DNA from: an uncultured virus (IMG/VR IMGVR_UViG_3300047170_000110)
Taxonomy: Duplodnaviria > Heunggongvirae > Uroviricota > Caudoviricetes
Virus record (IMG/VR): IMGVR_UViG_3300047170_000110
DNA length: 64,000 nt
Direction: 5' to 3' (one strand)
Made by a program: the position numbers and the translations under genes. Below the pieces are notes generated by a model that saw only the letters and a program-made list of their open reading frames with translations, made no database searches and was not told the DNA's origin. Shown one piece after another: positions 57,240-64,000 of this stretch. Position 1 is the stretch's first letter. Every line of letters begins with the position of its first letter.

Positions 57240-58535
57240 CTAGTCTTGCAGGTCTGAGCTGATGTGGGGCAGCTCAGTCTCGTGGGTCGTGTACTGAAAG
57301 ATCACGTCCCCGAATTCTTTTTCCGGCAGGGCCGCGAGCTGCTCGGCCGCAAGCTTCAGTCCCGCTTGGTTGAGGAGGTCCACCACATCCTTCTGTCTGA
57401 CCAGCTCGCGGTCCGGCAGGAGGTCGAGCACTTCCGCCACCTGATCCGCATCCGGCAAATCCCGGAAGTGGAGGGCGGACGTGACGGGGGCCTTCGGAGT
57501 CTTGCCTGGCCACCGTTCCCACTCTGGATCGCGCTCCGCGCGGGGAGTGATCGGTTGGGGATCGTAGCCCCACTCCTGGATCGAGTTGCCGTCGGTGAAG
57601 AGATCGCGGGCATGGACCAGCTTGGAGACGATCTTGAACTCGCCGTTCAGGGCAGAGAGGCCGTGATCCTTCGCGTACACGCGGGTGAGCGCCACCCAGT
57701 CGCCCGGGCGGATGGCGGTCGAGTTTCCTTTGACGGACTTCGGCACCGCCCGGTAGACCGTGACCATCTGGTCCCGGCGTCCCTTGCAGCGGAACATGAT
57801 CGCGATGCAGTCCGCGTCGCCATCCTGGTGGGCGCCGTAATACTGGAGGGCTGGGGATTCGTAGAAGTCTTTCGGGTAGGCGCCACGCACATCCCAGAGG
57901 GGGGAGCCGTTGGATTTGTCTGGCGCTCCGTGTTCGCCACGATATTCTTCGTCGGCGGCGAGCACGCGGGCGAGGGCGGAGTTGGCGGCCGGGTTCTTCA
58001 CCTGGCCTTTGATCTTTGCGTCTTTGGGATCAAAGATCACGTAGTTCACGATCCCGTCCGACTCATACCGGACACCTTTGATGCCGAGCGAGAGTAGATA
58101 GAGGGAAACTTCTTTCTGGGATTTCTTCTGGTAGTGGGTCATCCCCCCGTAGTATTCCCGGCCTGTCAGCTGGGCGCCGGACAAGAAGCCTCCCGTGCGG
58201 GCCCGTTCGTCTGATTCCTGGTAGTGGGGAGTCTGCTCCAAAGCTTTCCGGATGCGGGGGGCTTGTTTGGAGATCGGCACTTCCCAATCCAGGTACACGT
58301 CGCCGTCTGGGATCTGGACTTTGTAAAGCTTGCCGAGTCCTTTCCCTCCGGTCAACCGGCTGTAGAACGAGGCGGCTTTCTTGTTTTCCGAGCAGTAGAT
58401 CCCCCAGCCGAACGAGTTCCCTTGGGTCTCGCCTGCCCAGTCGAGGGAGAACTCGGAGAAGTCCCGGGGGCTGCCGTGGTAGACCAGCTTGGCTGTCAGG
58501 AGTTGAGCGAGCGCGGGATACCGGATCGGGTTCAT
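57240..58535 (-). CDS. tagged protein C: multidomain polyvalent-type protein (ART-like plus second domain)
   Basis: MNPIRYPALAQLLTA; VYHGS...FGWGIYCS...A..Y...NYVIFDP; internal SALARVLA; VYRAVP...IRPGDWVALTRVYA..HG...EWGY. Confidence 0.8.
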   Translation of the reverse strand: MNPIRYPALAQLLTAKLVYHGSPRDFSEFSLDWAGETQGNSFGWGIYCSENKKAASFYSRLTGGKGLGKLYKVQIPDGDVYLDWEVPISKQAPRIRKALEQTPHYQESDERARTGGFLSGAQLTGREYYGGMTHYQKKSQKEVSLYLLSLGIKGVRYESDGIVNYVIFDPKDAKIKGQVKNPAANSALARVLAADEEYRGEHGAPDKSNGSPLWDVRGAYPKDFYESPALQYYGAHQDGDADCIAIMFRCKGRRDQMVTVYRAVPKSVKGNSTAIRPGDWVALTRVYAKDHGLSALNGEFKIVSKLVHARDLFTDGNSIQEWGYDPQPITPRAERDPEWERWPGKTPKAPVTSALHFRDLPDADQVAEVLDLLPDRELVRQKDVVDLLNQAGLKLAAEQLAALPEKEFGDVIFQYTTHETELPHISSDLQD

Positions 58536-58577
58536 AAGATAAGAATAACCCGAGCCGCTTCGGGTTAGTTTTATCGT
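58536..58577. promoter_or_regulatory. back-to-back pair of the conserved element between divergent tagged genes
   Basis: GATAAGAATAACCCGA-gccgct-TCGGGTTAGTTTTATC imperfect inverted repeat. Confidence 0.75.
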
Positions 58578-59066
58578 ATGGGTTATCCTGGGTTGAGTCT
58601 CGTGCTGGGTCGGAAGGTGGAGAAGCCGAAACCGGTGGATGTGCTGATTGATCCCACGGAGGAGAACGACGGCCACCATTTCGAGATGCTGGCGGAGGTG
58701 GGGGCGGAGGAGGCCGGTCGGCTGATCGTTGAGCTGGAGTCTGACCCGGAGAACACCTCGTTTGTTCCCTACAAAGAGGAACCGTTTTTCTCGGAGATCA
58801 GTGACTACGATGAGGTCGTGAATCTTCAGCACTTGGAAGTGGAGCCGGAGTTCCGGGGCCAGGGCGTGGCGACGAAGCTGATGAAGGCGGGGTTGAAGGA
58901 AGCGAAGAAGCGGTGGTCGGGCATCCCTTGCTACATCAACGCGAGTCCGATGGGTGGGGTGATGGGGTTGGATCAGTTGGTTGCGTTCTACGAGCAGTTC
59001 GGTTTCAAGATGCTCAAGCGGTATCCGGAGTTTAAAAACGCTCTGCTGTGGAAGGCGAAGCTTTAG
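58578..59066 (+). CDS. tagged protein D: GYPGLSLVLG tag plus GNAT acetyltransferase
   Basis: LEVEPEFRGQGVATKLM; LVAFYEQFGF. Confidence 0.85.
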   Translation: MGYPGLSLVLGRKVEKPKPVDVLIDPTEENDGHHFEMLAEVGAEEAGRLIVELESDPENTSFVPYKEEPFFSEISDYDEVVNLQHLEVEPEFRGQGVATKLMKAGLKEAKKRWSGIPCYINASPMGGVMGLDQLVAFYEQFGFKMLKRYPEFKNALLWKAKL

Positions 59067-59069
59067 GGA

Positions 59070-59795
59070 TTACTTGTTCTGGCATTCCGGGTAATGCTCC
59101 GCTCCTCCTGGGTGGCCACACTTCGGGCAAGAGCCGGGGCGGAACGGACTGGGGAACAAGCTGGGCTTGGGGATGAGGATCGTGCCGGGGATATTCGGGA
59201 GGCTTTCCATGTCCGGCAGATCCCCGGTGGGGCGTGGCCGCTGGAGCATCCGCTCCCGTTCCAGCTCCGCCCGTTCCGCCACCCGCCACTCCTCAGTGGA
59301 GGCGGTCTGGCTTCGCTTCCGGTACTGCTCCATCTCCGCTTGCCGCCATTCTTGTTGGAGTGGCCGCATCGCTTCCCACCCCTCCAGCTTGAGCAGGATC
59401 GTGCAAGCCAACCGCTTGACCAGAACGTGGTCGATGTCCTCACGCGGCTTGCCCGGCCGGTAGAGCGTGTCGGTGCCTGGGCACGCGAGGATCGTCAGTT
59501 GGACTTGGGGAAGTCGGCCCACGCAGTACACGTCGAGGATGTGCGTCTCGGGCGACCAGGGGAACATCAGCCATGAGTGTTCTACCGCCCCATACTTCCC
59601 GTCCATCACGACCGTTTGGAGGGAAGGGTTGGGCGAGTGGCTCAGGAGATCTTGGGCGACTCGGGCCAGCTCATGGCAGCGGAGCATTCCTTCCGAGTCG
59701 GGGATCAGATCCCAGGCCCGTTCGATCAGCTCGCGGGCACGCTGGATCTCCTGGGGGAAGACTTCGAGGGCCGAGTAGTTTTGCATGCCCCGCAT
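59070..59795 (-). CDS. hypothetical protein
   Basis: LRCHELAR...VEHSWL...ILDVY (possible Cys-His-Asp set). Confidence 0.6.
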   Translation of the reverse strand: MRGMQNYSALEVFPQEIQRARELIERAWDLIPDSEGMLRCHELARVAQDLLSHSPNPSLQTVVMDGKYGAVEHSWLMFPWSPETHILDVYCVGRLPQVQLTILACPGTDTLYRPGKPREDIDHVLVKRLACTILLKLEGWEAMRPLQQEWRQAEMEQYRKRSQTASTEEWRVAERAELERERMLQRPRPTGDLPDMESLPNIPGTILIPKPSLFPSPFRPGSCPKCGHPGGAEHYPECQNK

Positions 59796-60031
59796 CTACC
59801 AGAAAGAAGTAGATACGCCAAGCTCACCAAACCGATTAACTTGACACATACACTCGGTTGGATTATAAATCTCCCAGGCTTGAGATCGCCCGCGAGTCGC
59901 ACCTCCTCAGGAGGACCGTGAAGATCTTGGTTTCCTCTATCCAGACTGTTGAACATCAACCGTTTCGATCAGAGCTTCCCCAGTAAAGCGACTGCCTGGA
60001 TTCCAACTCTGATTAAGAAAAGGTGCTGTCC

Positions 60032-60760
60032 ATGTCCGAATCTACTATCCCTATTTCGTCCAAAGAAATCGTTCATACTCTGCAAGAGAAGCTCAAGGCC
60101 TTAGGCCATGAAGTTTCGCTAGGGCACTGCTACGAATCCTTGGCTGCCCTCCAAGGTTTTCAATCTTGGAATGTGGCCAAGACTCAGGAACCTCCACAGT
60201 TAGTCACGAGTGCAAAGACAGAACCTCGCAAAAAGAAAGCGGGGAATAAACCTAAATGGGCTACCCGTCTATTAGCCAAACTCAAGACAGCCCGTGATGT
60301 GCATGACTCTGGTATTGACGGGATAGATTTGAGCCAACCTCTGTGGGATCAGATCGGAGGATGGGCTGACCGCCCGTGGGGGGTCATGCAATCGGCACCT
60401 GGGACAGAGATTACTTTGAATTCAAGAGAAGGTCTCTGCGCTATGGTTGCAGACGGCAACATGGACAATTCTAAGTATTTTATGGATGGGGGTGCCATCT
60501 ACATGGACAAAGAGCAGGCTCTTGCGACCGCGCATGTTCTGAATACCTATCCCGCACTCCTGGATTTTACTCAAAAGCTTTTGGTCGAAGTGAGTGCGCA
60601 AGCTCCGGAGATCCTCAATGCTACGGATCCAAACAGACAGACCGTGCAGCAGCTAGGAGAATTCTTAGTGGGGGACATCAAGAAGGTGAAGTTCTGGCAA
60701 ATTAAAAGCCGGTATTACGGGAACAGCCGGAAAGAAGATGCAGCTCTAGCGGATCTATGA
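60032..60760 (+). CDS. protein with N-terminal 'glyoxalase superfamily'-type helical domain
   Basis: LQEKLKALGHEVSLGHCYESLAALQGFQSWN; visibly AT-richer. Confidence 0.65.
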   Translation: MSESTIPISSKEIVHTLQEKLKALGHEVSLGHCYESLAALQGFQSWNVAKTQEPPQLVTSAKTEPRKKKAGNKPKWATRLLAKLKTARDVHDSGIDGIDLSQPLWDQIGGWADRPWGVMQSAPGTEITLNSREGLCAMVADGNMDNSKYFMDGGAIYMDKEQALATAHVLNTYPALLDFTQKLLVEVSAQAPEILNATDPNRQTVQQLGEFLVGDIKKVKFWQIKSRYYGNSRKEDAALADL

Positions 60761-61104
60761 ACCTGGCCTGAGCCAACAATTCCCCAAGTTAACTAGACAT
60801 AGGAAATTGTTGGCTCTCCCTCAGGTAGGAGATGACACACCTTCCCAGCTGGACAATAATAGGAGACCATGTTAGTAGGAGATTCTTACTTTATGGGCAA
60901 CTGGAGCTGGCAGATTTTAGGTTTGGTTTGGTTGATCGGCATGGTCATGGGGGTGGGCTTCATGTATGCGATCGGCGGTCAGACGGTTCAGCGGCCCGAG
61001 GAGGATACGCCCGATGGGAGCGAGCCGGTCAGGGAAGTGATTCGGCTATTCGATAAAAATTGAATAGCCGGGAATATCGAATAGCAGTCGGGGAACGGTA
61101 CGAG

Positions 61105-61590
61105 ATGTTTGATTCTAAAAAATTCGACGTAAGCAAGAGCACGGTCCAGGGGATTGACGGTAAGTCGAGCCAGACGACCATCGAGATCCAGAAGAAACCC
61201 GAGGCGGAGTGGCAGATCGGCAATCCTTTCAAGATGGCTGAAATGATCCGAAAGATCGATCCGGCCGACCCGCACTACGTGCTGAAGGTCGCGAACCTCT
61301 TCAAGGCTTTCGAGCATTCGGTGAAGGGGGATGAGAATGGGGCGGCGTTGTGGCGCACCCAGCACTTCTCGAAGATCGAGGAGTTCCGCGAATTCTTCGA
61401 GCAAAGGACCGGCCACTCGAAGACGGCTGAAGAGTGGTTTAAGTCGAAAGAGAACGGGTATCGGCTCAAGCATTTCTATCAGGGGTTCCATGCGACTGCG
61501 CCGAAGGAATGCACGCCGGTTGCGATGCCTGGAGGCGAGTACCCGTACGAGTGCCACTGCTGGATCATCGAGGGTGCGTATCGTGGATAA
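61105..61590 (+). CDS. hypothetical protein
   Basis: ORF with typical codon usage. Confidence 0.65.
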   Translation: MFDSKKFDVSKSTVQGIDGKSSQTTIEIQKKPEAEWQIGNPFKMAEMIRKIDPADPHYVLKVANLFKAFEHSVKGDENGAALWRTQHFSKIEEFREFFEQRTGHSKTAEEWFKSKENGYRLKHFYQGFHATAPKECTPVAMPGGEYPYECHCWIIEGAYRG

Positions 61591-61596
61591 GAGAGA

Positions 61597-61779
61597 AAGC
61601 TCGTGCAGCAGCGTTCCTTCGAGCGTTTGCTGGTGGCCTAGGATCGACTTCTGGATGTCGATGAAGGTGGTGGGGTCTCCGAAACGGTACTTGCAGAGGC
61701 CCAGGTAGTTGGCGGACATCCGGTCCACGATCTTGATGACGGGTTGGGGAAGGTTGTCCTTGGCGAAGAATTGTTCGAG
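61597..61779 (-). pseudogene. remnant of an SprT-like metalloprotease module, in frame beyond the stop of tagged protein E
   Basis: After TAA the frame continues LEQFF...LPQPVIKI...LGLC...I.I...TLLHEL, then loses the HExxH. Confidence 0.55.
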
Positions 61780-62727
61780 TTACCCGGCCGCCATCTCTTC
61801 CAAGTCATGGCGCGTCGGGATACCGGCGAGGACTTGCGCGAGAGCCGACTTGCTTTTCTTTTTGCCGACCTCTTCGATCTTCAGCACCTTGGGCTTCGCG
61901 CTGCGGGGGAGGTTGATCTCCATTTCGTCCGGGTGGTTGAACTGCTGGCGGAGCGTGGTGGCCCAATCGACTTGTTTGGCGGGGATGGTGGCGTGGATCA
62001 GGAACCAGGGCTTGGCGAGCGCGAGCGTGTGGGACGCGAGCCACACGGCTTGCTTGGCGTCGATCGTCCAATGCTCGCCCAGGTTCTCTAGGTCGATGTC
62101 TTCTTTCTTGTCTACGTGAAGCACGCGGAAGATCTGGACCGGGTTGCCGAGCCCGCCGAACTTGGCGATCAGATCTTCGGCGTCTTCGACCGCGCCCGCG
62201 CGGTCCTGGTAGTAGCACTCTTCATCTTCGTTCTCGGGCTTCGAGTAACCGGGGAAGAGATCGTAATAGCTGTCGGGGTAGGGCGCGGTGCCGCTCCACA
62301 TGGCGGACCAGATCTGCTCGACCGTCCAAGGGCCTTTGACTTTTTTGGCCAAGACCTTCGCGAGCGCACCGAAGGGTCGGCCGGGCTGCGCCCAGAACTT
62401 CTCCGCGTCGTCGGTTTGGATCCGAGACGGCCGGATCTTCTTTTTCAGCTTCTTCTCGGCGAACCGGTACATTTCAGTTGCTAGACCCTGACGGCGGTGG
62501 TCGCGCGCCACTTCGGTATGTTCCGGGACAAGTTGGCCGGTTTTGGGGTCGGGGTAAAACTCGGCGTAGGCCACGACGTGGGGACCCATGCCGCCCAGGA
62601 GATTGTACGCGTCCGGGTGAGTCACGACGACCAGGAAGTTCCCATCGACCTTGTCGATGTCCAGCTTGTAGCTCTTCGGCAGGGCGGATAGAACTTGGGC
62701 GAGCGCCGGGTAGCGGGACGAGTCCAT
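61780..62727 (-). CDS. tagged protein E: GNAT plus second domain, with internal tags
   Basis: MDSSRYPALAQVLSA; EVARDHRRQGLATEMY...QTDDAEKFW; internal GALAKVLA and SALAQVLA; LGEHWT...EMEI. Confidence 0.8.
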   Translation of the reverse strand: MDSSRYPALAQVLSALPKSYKLDIDKVDGNFLVVVTHPDAYNLLGGMGPHVVAYAEFYPDPKTGQLVPEHTEVARDHRRQGLATEMYRFAEKKLKKKIRPSRIQTDDAEKFWAQPGRPFGALAKVLAKKVKGPWTVEQIWSAMWSGTAPYPDSYYDLFPGYSKPENEDEECYYQDRAGAVEDAEDLIAKFGGLGNPVQIFRVLHVDKKEDIDLENLGEHWTIDAKQAVWLASHTLALAKPWFLIHATIPAKQVDWATTLRQQFNHPDEMEINLPRSAKPKVLKIEEVGKKKSKSALAQVLAGIPTRHDLEEMAAG

Positions 62728-62743
62728 AGGTTAAAAATAACCT
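62728..62743 (-). promoter_or_regulatory. conserved upstream element AGGTTATTTTTAACCT-ATG
   Basis: Same position and consensus as the other copies. Confidence 0.65.
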
Positions 62744-62757
62744 AGGGGATTGGTACT

Positions 62758-63561
62758 TTACTGGGCGGTCAGACCGTTCTTTCGAATCTCATCCATGCTG
62801 GCTTGGAACTCGGCCTTCGTGGGCATTCGGATCGAGTATGTCTGGGAGGGCCCGATATTTTCCTTCAGGAAGGTATCGGGCAGGAAGGTATCCAGATCCC
62901 GCAGCTCGGTCATTTCCCCGCTCCCGTACTGGGGTCCCCCGGCGACTTTGAGCGCGCCGAGCAGATTGCTTGCCCGGGCATATAGTTCGTTGAACTGGGA
63001 GGACTTGCGTGCCAGATCCGCTTCCGTCTTGTGGAGATCGTCATGGATGAGCGAACCGGGCGGGGGCGCTTTACCTTCGAGCACTTCAAACGCGTCCGAC
63101 GCGATTTCTTGGAGCATCTGGAGCTGGCGTCCGATAGCCGTGTCGGAGTGGAGCTTGAGGGAGGTGGCGATGTCGTGGAAGGCCTGACGGGCGGCAGAGA
63201 GCCGAGCTTTCAGGATGGAATTGTCCGTGTCGGGAAACGGATCTCTTTTTAGTTTATCCAAGACGATTCGCGCCCGTGCTCCGAGGGGATACAGATCCCC
63301 TTCATGATCCGGTTCGCACGCGTTCGTGTCTTCATGGATCACGAAGTTCGCAGGGTTCGAGTACCACTCCAATTCCTTGATGGCGGATTCGAGCTTCGCG
63401 CGGAGCGTGTCGTTGTCTTTCTTCCACGACATCTCCGCCAGGTTGGTTCGAGTCAGCTCCCGATAGCGCTCGTGTCCGGCCCGCTCGGCCTCCAGCTGAC
63501 CTTGGAGGTCCAGGAGTTGGGCTTCGAGCGCTTGGATCTTTTCTTTATCAGTAGAAGACAT
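62758..63561 (-). CDS. coiled-coil hypothetical protein
   Basis: 267-aa ORF with heptad-rich N-terminus. Confidence 0.7.
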   Translation of the reverse strand: MSSTDKEKIQALEAQLLDLQGQLEAERAGHERYRELTRTNLAEMSWKKDNDTLRAKLESAIKELEWYSNPANFVIHEDTNACEPDHEGDLYPLGARARIVLDKLKRDPFPDTDNSILKARLSAARQAFHDIATSLKLHSDTAIGRQLQMLQEIASDAFEVLEGKAPPPGSLIHDDLHKTEADLARKSSQFNELYARASNLLGALKVAGGPQYGSGEMTELRDLDTFLPDTFLKENIGPSQTYSIRMPTKAEFQASMDEIRKNGLTAQ

Positions 63562-64000
63562 TCTTCAGCCCTATCCGAGTGGGGGACGGTCGTCGAGTGC
63601 AGAAAGCTACCGAACTTGGAAATGCTGTAGTTTCAAGCAGGTAAGTCCCCGGATGTAAAATCGATGTAAAATATTTCAGATGATCGAATCTTCGGTCTGA
63701 TTCGAGGGTCGAAAGAACTTTTCAAGCCCGTAGAGGACCAATCCCGCAACCCCTGGAAGGAAGAGGGACAGGAAGATCAGCCATAAGTCATCGAGCGTCA
63801 TGCCTGCTCCCTAGCGTGGGTTGACCGCTTCCGTCAAGCCTGATAGAGCCTCGGGATGCGTGTGAATCAAACTCCGGAGGCGACCGAGCTGGTCCCCGAA
63901 ACTCCGGAAGAGTGTGAGTTGTTGAAGCGATTGGTGGAGACTTTTAGGTCCGATCCGAATCGTATCGTCCCCTCCGTCCAGCTCGACCCCGGCGGCGTCT

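Noticed and set aside
1..64000. Stop-codon reassignment
   Set aside because: Conserved genes are full length in the standard code and end in TAG, TGA and TAA; no suppressor tRNA in the window.

Overview
This window is a 64-kb slice of a large, GC-rich, probably jumbo dsDNA bacteriophage genome read in the standard code. It has dense, mostly small hypothetical ORFs and no cellular housekeeping operons. It opens with a tRNA cluster (His, Arg, Tyr, Phe, Gly, two Thr, Gln, plus one partial). Recognisable genes include a HerA/DUF87-type ATPase, SbcC/Rad50, a metallophosphatase, a GT9-methyltransferase fusion, a Gly-rich tail-fibre-like protein, DUF1643, a DUF559 nuclease, RNase HI, a SLOG/DprA-like protein, a tubulin/FtsZ (PhuZ-like) protein, dNK and dNMP kinases, ThyA, a GIY-YIG protein, a papain-like protease, a Tad1-like anti-defence sponge, a PseT-like phosphatase, a sigma70-region-4 protein and a small tyrosine recombinase. 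The strongest candidate for an undescribed system lies at 54.9-62.7 kb. Five genes with unrelated enzymatic cargo (GNAT and ADP-ribosyltransferase-like domains, plus a decayed SprT-like protease) all begin with the same peptide tag (RYPALAQVLA-like). The tag recurs at internal domain junctions. Four of the five genes follow the same SD-less GGTTATTYTTA element directly, the fifth is coupled by a TGATG overlap, and a variant of the element precedes a putative tail gene. This fits tagged, modular virion cargo effectors. Other highlights are an in-frame HNH-type endonuclease inside ThyA with no intein or intron signature, a ~500-nt structured non-coding region ahead of a DUF559/RNase H pair that share a C-terminal motif, a FliS-like protein, a perfect 34-bp palindrome beside the recombinase, and phased TTATCAGTA triplets. 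All family assignments were made by eye from motifs; no searches were run.
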